From positions 8,321-72,320 of the IMG/VR virus record IMGVR_UViG_3300008262_000126: a stretch of DNA of 64,000 bases. The stretch is one strand, 5' to 3'. Source of the stretch: a virus. The position numbers and the translations under genes were made by a program. Positions 55,003 through 62,832 of this stretch are shown piece by piece (the stretch's first letter is position 1; the number at the start of each line of letters is the position of its first letter). The notes below the pieces were generated by a model, which searched no databases, was not told the DNA's origin, and was given only the letters and a program-made list of their open reading frames with translations.

Positions 55003-55086
55003 CCAGAGTGGCGGAATGGCAGACGCTGCGGTCTTAAAAACCGTTGAGTAACACTCGTACGGGTTCGACTCCCGTCTCTGGCACCA
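55002..55086 (+). tRNA. tRNA-Leu (anticodon TAA)
   Basis: GCCAGAG/CTCTGGC acceptor stem, loop CT-TAA-AA, long variable arm, GGTTCGACTCC, CCA. Confidence 0.96.
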
Positions 55087-55144
55087 GTACCCTGCAGGGG
55101 GTAGCAAAAAATTAGATTAATCACAATTCTACAAGGGGGAAGGC

Positions 55145-55786
55145 ATGACAAAAATTGACACAGGTTTGATTACGTACACTGCTACAAAAACTGACACTAT
55201 TACAGACAAGTCAGGTGCTTTGTATATTACTTCTATGGGTGCAACCGCGCCAGGTACGCCATTCGGCATTAGGGTATGGCGTATCGCAAAAGGAATGAAA
55301 GTAAGACAAGAAGTCCTGTTTTATCCGGGAGACCACGGCGGTCTTGCTGTACTCTGGGGTAAGCTTTTCTTTGTGCACAATCAAGCAGGATCGAAAAAAA
55401 TTGTGCTTGAGGAAATTCCAGGGTTTATTCCGGAAGACGGCACACTGTCGAGTACAACGGTGAACCTCAACGAGTCTCAATTAGCACTTATAAACAAGAT
55501 GATCGAGACGGCCACTAAACGAGCTGAGGGGGCTTATGCTCAGTCTAGTCAAGCAATGGCTCGCATCGTTGCTTTGGAAAAGCGTATCGCTGCACTTGAA
55601 GCACGTCCGGCTGCTTCTTCCAGTCCTGCAGGCTTGTCCAAGGCGCAGATTGAAGACGTTGTGTGGACCAAGATCTGGGATATCTTCTTCCTGCTCCGTG
55701 GTGGAATGAACGAAGGTTCATCAAAGATGACCGACGTACAGAACTGGATTAATGACCTGACCGCTTTTATTCGACGCGTTAAGTAG
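55145..55786 (+). CDS. Hypothetical protein with coiled coil
   Basis: 213-aa ORF; RIVALEKRIAALEAR heptads. Confidence 0.65.
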   Translation: MTKIDTGLITYTATKTDTITDKSGALYITSMGATAPGTPFGIRVWRIAKGMKVRQEVLFYPGDHGGLAVLWGKLFFVHNQAGSKKIVLEEIPGFIPEDGTLSSTTVNLNESQLALINKMIETATKRAEGAYAQSSQAMARIVALEKRIAALEARPAASSSPAGLSKAQIEDVVWTKIWDIFFLLRGGMNEGSSKMTDVQNWINDLTAFIRRVK

Positions 55787-55796
55787 GAGGATACTG

Positions 55797-56228
55797 ATGG
55801 CTAAGCGTTTCTTTATCAAGCCTTTAGCTGACCTCCATAGCGGAGAGTTTCCTATGAGGGCGGACATCGATCTTCCGGAAGGTGCGTCTGTCGAGTGCCA
55901 GCAGTACAGCAATCACATTTACCTACTGATACACTACACGCCTCAGCAGACGCACATGCACAAGCGGGAGATACTGATGGCCTTGGAGGGAGATGATATC
56001 CCGAGTAACTATGAGTATATTGGTGGCATTATTGCCAATGATGCTGGCCCTTCTGACGAGGAGCTGGATAACGAAGAGGAGGACGACGATGATTTCATTG
56101 ACGTACCTCGAGATCCCGAGCAATTTTATAAGCTACTGACTATGATTAACGTGTACATTTCACCGGAAAAACGAAAGGTATACGATTCAAAATCATGGTC
56201 ATTTTTAGGAGCAAACGATGCCACTTGA
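55797..56228 (+). CDS. Hypothetical protein
   Basis: GGAGG SD; acidic insert. Confidence 0.6.
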   Translation: MAKRFFIKPLADLHSGEFPMRADIDLPEGASVECQQYSNHIYLLIHYTPQQTHMHKREILMALEGDDIPSNYEYIGGIIANDAGPSDEELDNEEEDDDDFIDVPRDPEQFYKLLTMINVYISPEKRKVYDSKSWSFLGANDAT

Positions 56229-56565
56229 CATCGACATGGAAAATTTAGAGACGCTTGAGCGGGTTATCAAAGAGATAAGCCAGTCTATGCGTATTGATCT
56301 TCTGCAGGATAAGTATGGACGTGATGAATACGAACGCCGCTATGAACTTTTGTCATCGATGCGTACATCGTTGACCTGGACTGTTAACTACTTCGATTAC
56401 TATCGCATTTATGAGGACTCAGATCCCATTCAACTGCTTAGCGAAATTGATAGTACAATACAGATGGTGGGTGGAGATGGTTCAGATACTGAATACTTTA
56501 CCCGCGGTGGTAATCTTGCAAAGTTGCTTAGGGAACAATATGATAAAGATGAAGGTAATCGGTAG
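56218..56565 (+). CDS. Hypothetical protein
   Basis: AGGAG SD; coupled to neighbours. Confidence 0.6.
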   Translation: MPLDIDMENLETLERVIKEISQSMRIDLLQDKYGRDEYERRYELLSSMRTSLTWTVNYFDYYRIYEDSDPIQLLSEIDSTIQMVGGDGSDTEYFTRGGNLAKLLREQYDKDEGNR

Positions 56566-56794
56566 TGAACTGTACGGGGATGCATGGCGACAGGCCATGC
56601 TCAAGGAACTAACGCCGCATATACCAAGTGGCGTGTCGTTAGGGATAGCCGACGATGATTTTGGATTAACCATGCTGGACTACATTGTTGACGGAACCAT
56701 CGAGATGATTAATCAGTATAATCAATCCGCCGGTATTAGCGGAAGGTGGTTTCTTCTAGATGCAGATCTATACTATGATGATGAGGTAATATAA
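56540..56794 (+). CDS. Hypothetical protein
   Basis: Coupled ORF upstream of the lysin; start uncertain. Confidence 0.5.
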   Translation: MIKMKVIGSELYGDAWRQAMLKELTPHIPSGVSLGIADDDFGLTMLDYIVDGTIEMINQYNQSAGISGRWFLLDADLYYDDEVI

Positions 56795-57402
56795 TGACAG
56801 ACGCAGTTACACGGGAGTCTCCCATTATGGGGGCTCCCAGCTGCACACAGGCAGCAGTACTTAAGTATTTGCTAAGACCCAAGGGCAACTACACAGAGAT
56901 TGATTTGGAGAACGTAATAATCCCCGCATACTTCGAGCATGGTATACAAATGGGAATAAATCCCGTAATAGCCATTGCTCAAGTAATCCACGAGACTGGT
57001 TTTCTCACAAGCTGGTGGAGCAACCGACCGAGAAGAAATCCCGCCGGTATTGGAGTAACAGGACAAGTAGCCGAAGTACTACCACCCGGAGCAAACGTCT
57101 ATGACTGGGCCTATGATGAGAGCATCAAGAAGTGGAGAAAGGGCCTATCATTCGAGTCATGGCTCTTTAATAGTGTCCCCGCACATATCGGTCGTCTTCT
57201 TGGTTACACATTAAAACCAAAAGACATGACTGATGCACAATGGCATTACTTCAGCCTGCATACAGCACGAAGAAATGTTCCCGCTCGAGTACTTGGATGT
57301 GCTCCAACACTCGCAGGATTAGAAGGAACATGGGCTGTACCAGGTAAGGGATATGCAGATAAACTCGCCGCCCACTGTAATCGAATGATCGAAGGGAAGT
57401 AA
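56794..57402 (+). CDS. Glucosaminidase (GH73-like) endolysin
   Basis: GINPVIAIAQVIHETG...NPAGIG...F.SW...AH...GTWAVPG.GYADKL. Confidence 0.8.
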   Translation: MTDAVTRESPIMGAPSCTQAAVLKYLLRPKGNYTEIDLENVIIPAYFEHGIQMGINPVIAIAQVIHETGFLTSWWSNRPRRNPAGIGVTGQVAEVLPPGANVYDWAYDESIKKWRKGLSFESWLFNSVPAHIGRLLGYTLKPKDMTDAQWHYFSLHTARRNVPARVLGCAPTLAGLEGTWAVPGKGYADKLAAHCNRMIEGK

Positions 57403-57406
57403 CACA

Positions 57407-57799
57407 ATGATGAAGCAGCTATCGTTCTGGACCGAGGAAGAGATGGGTGGGGGTAAAAAACAAGTCCCGAGCGTATCAATGCATATTGATCTTTTAAGAA
57501 GATCAGAAGTGATGCAACAGATAGGATATGAACTTCTCATTGAAGTAACAGCCTACACAAGTATGACTGAGGCGAGAAAACATCCCGGCTTTATAACAAG
57601 TCATCCCGCAGACTATCATCTCGGTTTCTATGAATCAGAAAATGTCATATATGCAGTAGAGATGGGAGAAGGAGAGAAGCTGTACGTTTTAGTTAATTAC
57701 CTCAAGAGCATATGGGACGGGACGTACGAGTATCAGCACGCTAGCCTCCATCTCTCTCAGATCTCTGCACGCAGGTACATGACCAGCCTACAGGGATAG
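57407..57799 (+). CDS. Hypothetical protein
   Basis: Last gene of the rightward block. Confidence 0.55.
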   Translation: MMKQLSFWTEEEMGGGKKQVPSVSMHIDLLRRSEVMQQIGYELLIEVTAYTSMTEARKHPGFITSHPADYHLGFYESENVIYAVEMGEGEKLYVLVNYLKSIWDGTYEYQHASLHLSQISARRYMTSLQG

Positions 57800-58290
57800 T
57801 TATCCACATCTTGTACACAATTTGTACACATTATGACTGGGGGTTGTAGCACATACGACTACCCAGTCATTTTTGTTATGTCACTATAGGAAGTGGCACA
57901 CTCACATGATCAGTGTATGACAGTGTCGCGGACTTCTCTGTAACTTTCAAAATGGTTTCAAAATGTGCATAAATTTGCTGCAATCTTGGCCAAAAGTGGC
58001 AAAATGCTGCAGAAATGCTGTGAAATTGTTCACAAATTCTGGGTAACCTGTGAAAATGTTCACAATGTTATGTAAAACTGTAAAAAATGGCAGAAATTGT
58101 GGCCGATCCGACTGGCATCAGGAAATTTTGCACCAGTTTTCAAAGCAACATTAGTTTCAATTATGTTGCTTTGGCCGAAATTCAGGAAAGTTTGTGAAAA
58201 TGTGTACAAACGCTTATGTGAAAAAGCGCACAAAGCGGCATCCCCCTCGGCACCCCCTGAATGCTTGGTTCCCCTCGGCACCCCTCCCTT
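57800..58290. other. Origin-like non-coding region (DnaA-box-like repeats, phased A-tracts, palindromes)
   Basis: TTATCCACA at 57800, TTGTACACA at 57811 and 57822, A-tracts every 10-11 bp, TGTGA-N6-TCACA at 58019 and 58049. Confidence 0.55.
57833..57874 (+). terminator. Intrinsic terminator ending the rightward block
   Basis: atgactggg / cccagtcat stem followed by TTTT. Confidence 0.7.
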
Positions 58291-58391
58291 GCATAAACAT
58301 CGGCTAACACACATCAATAGCCGACCGTCGTTTAAATCAGGTACTCACATAAAAATAGCCCCCCACTTGCTATAGTTATGGCCTTAGCTAC

Positions 58392-58435
58392 AAAAAATAC
58401 AGCAGACAAGATGCATCAATGCCCTTGCTGCTGTA
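58392..58435 (-). terminator. Intrinsic terminator ending the leftward early operon
   Basis: tacagcag / ctgctgta stem followed by T6 on the minus strand. Confidence 0.75.
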
Positions 58436-58451
58436 CTTCTTAGAGAACCTG

Positions 58452-58519
58452 ACGGCTCATCAGTGCAGATGTGATCTGCATACGGCCCACCCACGCGTGT
58501 GAGTGGACCGTTTCGCCGT
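58452..58519 (-). ncRNA. Hammerhead ribozyme, type II topology
   Basis: ACGGC-GAAA-[stem III CGGUCCAC/GUGGGCCG]-UA-[stem I UGCAGAU/AUCUGCA]-CUGAUGA-GCCGU: complete core, three paired stems, GUA cleavage triplet. Confidence 0.9.
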
Positions 58520-58521
58520 GA

Positions 58522-58791
58522 CTATTCCTGCCAGTCGATGATAGTCAGCTCATCGATAGGAGTACCGTTACCGAAACGACGCTTAGCATCCGCAATCACG
58601 GCCATCATTCGCGGGTACTGACGATTGAAGTAGTCAGTAGGACCGAAGTGCTCCACCCACTGCGTCTCGTGACGCCGTGTTTGGTACGCCAGTAGCAGCT
58701 GAACGTCTGCAAGTGGCCACGCCAAGTCAACTTCAATGCTGTCGACGTCGCCTGCTGGGTCCATGTACTCAATTACAGTGAACTTAGCCAT
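58522..58791 (-). CDS. Hypothetical early protein
   Basis: AAGGAG SD before the ATG at 58791. Confidence 0.65.
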   Translation of the reverse strand: MAKFTVIEYMDPAGDVDSIEVDLAWPLADVQLLLAYQTRRHETQWVEHFGPTDYFNRQYPRMMAVIADAKRRFGNGTPIDELTIIDWQE

Positions 58792-58855
58792 AACTATCAC
58801 GCTCCTTATAGATAAGCGGAGTAGCAAGATACTACTCCGCACAGGCCACAGTGGA

Positions 58856-59164
58856 TTATTCCTCGTCGTTGATTGACTTGATCATGGCAACGAGCTTCTG
58901 GACATCGATACGCGGATGCAACTCGATGTGACCCATACTGACTGCGTCGAAGTACAAGTCGAGCGCCTCGATACAACAGTTGACGAGCCTGGGTAGCGCC
59001 TTCATCTCGTACTCGTTGGGCCCGGTGCCGCTCTCACCATCGTAGTCGACACTTGCCAGATCCTGATGGATCGGGTTGAGCAGGTGCAGGTCTTCCAGTT
59101 GGCTGATTGCGTCACCCATGGTGTACGCTGCGGTCTCGATGCCACGATACTTGTTGTAAGACAT
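58856..59164 (-). CDS. Hypothetical early protein
   Basis: AAGGAG SD; 102 aa. Confidence 0.7.
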   Translation of the reverse strand: MSYNKYRGIETAAYTMGDAISQLEDLHLLNPIHQDLASVDYDGESGTGPNEYEMKALPRLVNCCIEALDLYFDAVSMGHIELHPRIDVQKLVAMIKSINDEE

Positions 59165-59228
59165 GATACTCTCCTTATAAGAAAGCGGAGTAGCACTTTA
59201 CTACTCCGCAGGGACCCCACTGTGTAGA

Positions 59229-59672
59229 CTACTTAGCCCAGGCCTGCATGTCCTTGAGCCACTCGGTCAACGACTCGTCACGGTCCTCGTCGAAGTCCGA
59301 GATAGTGACCGTCGTGAACAGATCAATCTCCTGATCTGCATTGTAGTTGCAGACCCAGAGTTCGTATCCGAGCTGCAACATGTGCACCGCTTGATCGAGT
59401 GTCAGCAGGTTGTCGCGGTGATTGTGGCGGAAGTAGTCACGCCGCAAGTCAGGCAAATCCGGAACGAGGTTGACTAAGCTAATGCCGATGTTGTAGCTAG
59501 AGTGACCCAGCTGCTCGGACAAGTCGTTCTCCAAGTCGGCGCGGTTACCGAAGTACCGCACGAACATCCACTCGCCGAACTCTTCGCAGTTGTCGACGTG
59601 GTAGAGATCCGACACGGCCGAGATCAACGAATCCTTCAACACCTTCTCACTCACGGTAATCTTGATGCTCAT
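59229..59672 (-). CDS. Hypothetical early protein
   Basis: AGGAGG SD; 147 aa. Confidence 0.7.
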   Translation of the reverse strand: MSIKITVSEKVLKDSLISAVSDLYHVDNCEEFGEWMFVRYFGNRADLENDLSEQLGHSSYNIGISLVNLVPDLPDLRRDYFRHNHRDNLLTLDQAVHMLQLGYELWVCNYNADQEIDLFTTVTISDFDEDRDESLTEWLKDMQAWAK

Positions 59673-59730
59673 TGCATCCTCCTATAGGTAAGCGGGATAG
59701 CACTTTACTATCCCGCATGGACCACAACAA

Positions 59731-60210
59731 CTACTTGACGTGATGGATAGGCAACCACACGATGGTCGCACCCCAGCCACCCGGTACGTAGATCTCAGTG
59801 TAGCTGCTGTCACTGAGCAATTCTTTAGCAGCGACGGAGTAACAGAACGCGACCTTGAAGGACACGTGGTAGTATGCCTCCATGCTGCCGTCGTACAGCT
59901 GCACGAACTGGATGACAGCGATGTTGAAGTCGCTGCGTTCGTTACAGTGATCAAGGCCGATGACGACCTGCTCTCCGTTGAACTGGGTAGTTGGTCGCTC
60001 AAAGTTCCACTTAGCCATGTTGCTTTCCTCTTTCTCGATCTGGATGATGGTCCACCCATCACCGTTCCGATACCCAACCTGGTAGTCGTCGACATCATGC
60101 ATCCAGTAGAAGATGTGCTCGTCGTTCGACTTACCATCCCACTCACCGATGCCAATCAACACCTGGAGATCGGTACCGTCATTCCACTGAATCAATGCGC
60201 GCTTTTCCAT
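59731..60210 (-). CDS. Hypothetical early protein (possible internal start at MAKWNF)
   Basis: AAGGAG SD; internal GAGG...ATG. Confidence 0.65.
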   Translation of the reverse strand: MEKRALIQWNDGTDLQVLIGIGEWDGKSNDEHIFYWMHDVDDYQVGYRNGDGWTIIQIEKEESNMAKWNFERPTTQFNGEQVVIGLDHCNERSDFNIAVIQFVQLYDGSMEAYYHVSFKVAFCYSVAAKELLSDSSYTEIYVPGGWGATIVWLPIHHVK

Positions 60211-60275
60211 CTCTCTGCATTCTCCTTTATGGATAGACCCGGGAACCGAATTGTCCCCGGGTCATACTCCCAATA

Positions 60276-61094
60276 CTAGTGGTTCTTGAGTACGATCGAC
60301 ACTGGGATGTCGTTCAATACAAAGCGCTTCCGATACAGCATGTAGTCCTCTTCCCAGAGAACACGGTCAAGTCTGCTGCTATCGGCCACTGCACACAGAC
60401 CACAGTCACTGCAGCTCTTTGCCTTACCTGCCTGTTCAGGACAGTATACAGCACGTTGACCGAGACTCCTGAGCTCACTGACAGCCTGTGGTACGTCTTG
60501 CTCGCCCACTGCGTAGGCCACAGTCCAGCCCATTTCAGTCGCCTGCTTAGCATCAGCAAACGTCTGAACAGAAGCATGGAACTTGCGGCGCAATACCTGC
60601 ACTTCGGGATACCGCCACGTAGCAGTAAAGCCGATCACAGGTATGCCTAATGGCAACGCACGCTCGATGGCATACAGGATGATGTCGATAAACTCCATCC
60701 ACGGTTGACCCGTAACCGGATGGAGTATGTCGCCACCTGTCTGGAAACGAATGCCATCGACTGTCTTACGTCCGGCCTCGTGCATCAAGAAGATGCGATC
60801 GAAGCGCTCACGCACAGGAGCCAACGCACCGTCAGACGTATCTGCACCAGCGAATTTGGAAGCCGCAACGCTGAAGGACACATGCCCACGCTTGGTGTAG
60901 CAGGCTTTCAGCTTGAGCTTCTTGAGTTCGTCCGCGTACAGAGACTCCGGGTGGAACCAACATGTCGTAGGGCATGTCGGCCCCACCTCGGTGTAGGTGG
61001 TGATCCAGTTGTACATCGTGGACGTACCCACGAGCTTGGTGTTGCCGGTGTTCTCGACTACGGTCACTGCGGTCTTTTGTGCTTGCTTACGCAT
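60276..61094 (-). CDS. Gp88-like Cys-rich (Fe-S/radical-SAM-like) protein
   Basis: NTKL...TCPTTC...ACY...IRFQTGGD...HAS...CPEQ...SCSDCGLC. Confidence 0.65.
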   Translation of the reverse strand: MRKQAQKTAVTVVENTGNTKLVGTSTMYNWITTYTEVGPTCPTTCWFHPESLYADELKKLKLKACYTKRGHVSFSVAASKFAGADTSDGALAPVRERFDRIFLMHEAGRKTVDGIRFQTGGDILHPVTGQPWMEFIDIILYAIERALPLGIPVIGFTATWRYPEVQVLRRKFHASVQTFADAKQATEMGWTVAYAVGEQDVPQAVSELRSLGQRAVYCPEQAGKAKSCSDCGLCAVADSSRLDRVLWEEDYMLYRKRFVLNDIPVSIVLKNH

Positions 61095-61156
61095 AGTAGT
61101 TGCATCTCCTGTATGCGGTAGGGCACAGTACCCTACCGCTGATTGCTAATCAGACA

Positions 61157-61459
61157 CTAGGGCATGGAATCGCCTGGACCGAAAGTCTCTGTGATGCGGT
61201 ACTCTTTGGCAGCCTGATCGACACGTCGCTGAGACTCAGCCATATACGCATCGTAGTCGGGACTTACTGAGACACGCACGCCGTTCTCCCAAGTCTCTAA
61301 CAACGGACGTGAACCGTCGTAAAGTATACGACCGTAGATCGAACCGTCCCGATACTTGAGCGACGCGCGCAGTGAGAACAGACTCCAGGCAAACCGACCA
61401 CCTCCAGTTTTGTACCGGAGGTGAAAGAAAACCAACACCATGAATCCGAATGGTGGCAA
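61157..61459 (-). CDS. Hypothetical early protein
   Basis: ORF with upstream GGGGGTG SD; start uncertain. Confidence 0.5.
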   Translation of the reverse strand: MPPFGFMVLVFFHLRYKTGGGRFAWSLFSLRASLKYRDGSIYGRILYDGSRPLLETWENGVRVSVSPDYDAYMAESQRRVDQAAKEYRITETFGPGDSMP

Positions 61460-61504
61460 GTGGTAATCACCCCCTTTCTGTGAGAGCTAACCGATATATG
61501 TAAA

Positions 61505-62365
61505 CTACTCGGATACAGAATGATCTGTATCCAAATAGGAAACTGCCTTACTGGCTGCAGCAATCGTACGCTGCAGAACAGTCTTGTCTTCCTTGATTGC
61601 CTTCAGCCACGAGGCCAGGTACTCAAGGTGGTCAGGCCGCGGCTCGACAGCCATTCCAAGACCTGCACCGACCAGCGCCGCTCCGAACTCTGCGACAAGT
61701 TCCTCGAACGCTCGAGCCTCGATATTGTACGAATACTTGTACAATTCGGGTCTGTTCAGACGCGCCTTGTGCCCAGTCCAGTGCACAAATTCGTGAGCCA
61801 GCGTTGCGTAGTATGCAATGTTGTCATCGAATAAGTTGATGGGTGGCATGTACAACCGATCAGTCGATGGATCATACGCCGCGTATGGTCTTGTGTGCTG
61901 TACTCTGACCCCGTGTCGATCAAAATATGCCTCAACCTCGGGCAACTTAGGAACAACTTTCTGCTGTTCCCACGTGAATGGGTTACCATCCTTGTCAAGG
62001 ACCTGAGTACCGTTGAAGACTGCATACGCTTTGGAATGCATGTAGGCAACGTACTCCTCGTCGTTGTCACGCTTCCTGATAATTGGCGTAGGCTTGCCAT
62101 ACACAAACCCGCTGGCACGTGTACCCTCAGTGATTGTGTATCCGGCAGTCTTCCATTGTAGGAAGGTACCCCAATACGGACACTCAACCCCGGACAACAT
62201 GAGGTTGATGGCGTTCTGACCGGAGTACACATTGCCAGATGCCACGTTCTTGTGGCGCAGCGTAACCCAAGGCTTGGTCCACTTACCCTCGATCAAACCC
62301 TGCTCCAACGAGGCCACCATCTTCTCGACCAGCGCGTCCTGCAGTTCCTGTACTCGATTCGTCAC
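61505..62365 (-). CDS. ardC: ArdC-like antirestriction protein (ssDNA-binding domain + zincin-like domain)
   Basis: WTKPW...YSGQNAINL...WGTFLQW...YAVFN..Q...TLAHEFVHWTGH..RLNR...AFEELVAE...YLASWL; GTG start behind AAGGAG. Confidence 0.9.
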   Translation of the reverse strand: MTNRVQELQDALVEKMVASLEQGLIEGKWTKPWVTLRHKNVASGNVYSGQNAINLMLSGVECPYWGTFLQWKTAGYTITEGTRASGFVYGKPTPIIRKRDNDEEYVAYMHSKAYAVFNGTQVLDKDGNPFTWEQQKVVPKLPEVEAYFDRHGVRVQHTRPYAAYDPSTDRLYMPPINLFDDNIAYYATLAHEFVHWTGHKARLNRPELYKYSYNIEARAFEELVAEFGAALVGAGLGMAVEPRPDHLEYLASWLKAIKEDKTVLQRTIAAASKAVSYLDTDHSVSE

Positions 62366-62430
62366 AGTCTTTCTCCTTGCACTTGCATTACTTGCCCACA
62401 TCCGACGCAGGTGGGAGTTGCCAGACATTC

Positions 62431-62757
62431 CTAGAGATCAGCCTTGTAGATAACCTTGTGACTCCACGTCTCGAACACCTCTACGCTTGTAAAGGGCTTG
62501 TTGCTTGCCTGCCAGACATAATCGACCAGGCTTTGACACACCTCCTGCTTAAACGACAACTCAGCGGCATCTGTAGCTTCGATGTCAATCATGCACGTCC
62601 GTGTCCGTATGCAGTACTCCGTGGCCTTGATACCAATGTCGTGCCACTGGCGCTTCCACCCACCCTTCCACACAGCGTCGTGGAACTTCTTGCTCATACC
62701 CAGGCCGAAGGGAACGGACTTCTTCGCACTCGCCACAAACTTGATTGAGTAACGCAT
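62431..62757 (-). CDS. Hypothetical early protein
   Basis: AAGGAG SD before the ATG at 62757. Confidence 0.6.
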   Translation of the reverse strand: MRYSIKFVASAKKSVPFGLGMSKKFHDAVWKGGWKRQWHDIGIKATEYCIRTRTCMIDIEATDAAELSFKQEVCQSLVDYVWQASNKPFTSVEVFETWSHKVIYKADL

Positions 62758-62832
62758 CTTGCTCTCCTTGTGCTCTTGCACTTATAATACTATACCGGTG
62801 TTTAACGAGGTTCGCCGGCTACCTCACACAAA

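Larger units (their letters stand above)
58816..61139 (-). repeat. Dispersed intergenic hairpin family (58816-58840, 59185-59209, 59692-59716, 61115-61139; looser copy 60236-60263)
   Basis: GCGG-N5-[TA..TG 7-nt loop]-N5-CCGC with compensatory changes, each just upstream of an AGGAG SD. Confidence 0.8.

Noticed and set aside
58060-58375. ORFs 58060-58317 (-) and 58097-58375 (+)
   Set aside because: They lie between two convergent terminators in repeat-rich DNA and have no SD, so the region is better explained as non-coding.
58816-59716. Hairpins as N4-type virion RNA polymerase promoters, with the giant ORF as the polymerase
   Set aside because: No RNA polymerase motifs were recognised in the 5521-aa protein, which has TMP position and signature, and the loop sequences vary.
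58816-61139. Hairpin repeats as a CRISPR array
   Set aside because: Copies are separated by whole genes, not 30-40-nt spacers. The Cas4-like gene is a stand-alone recombination nuclease in the replication module.
62408-62423. TGGCA in the 29-nt motif as a sigma-54 promoter
   Set aside because: Spacing to the conserved GC is 12 nt, not the required GG-N10-GC.
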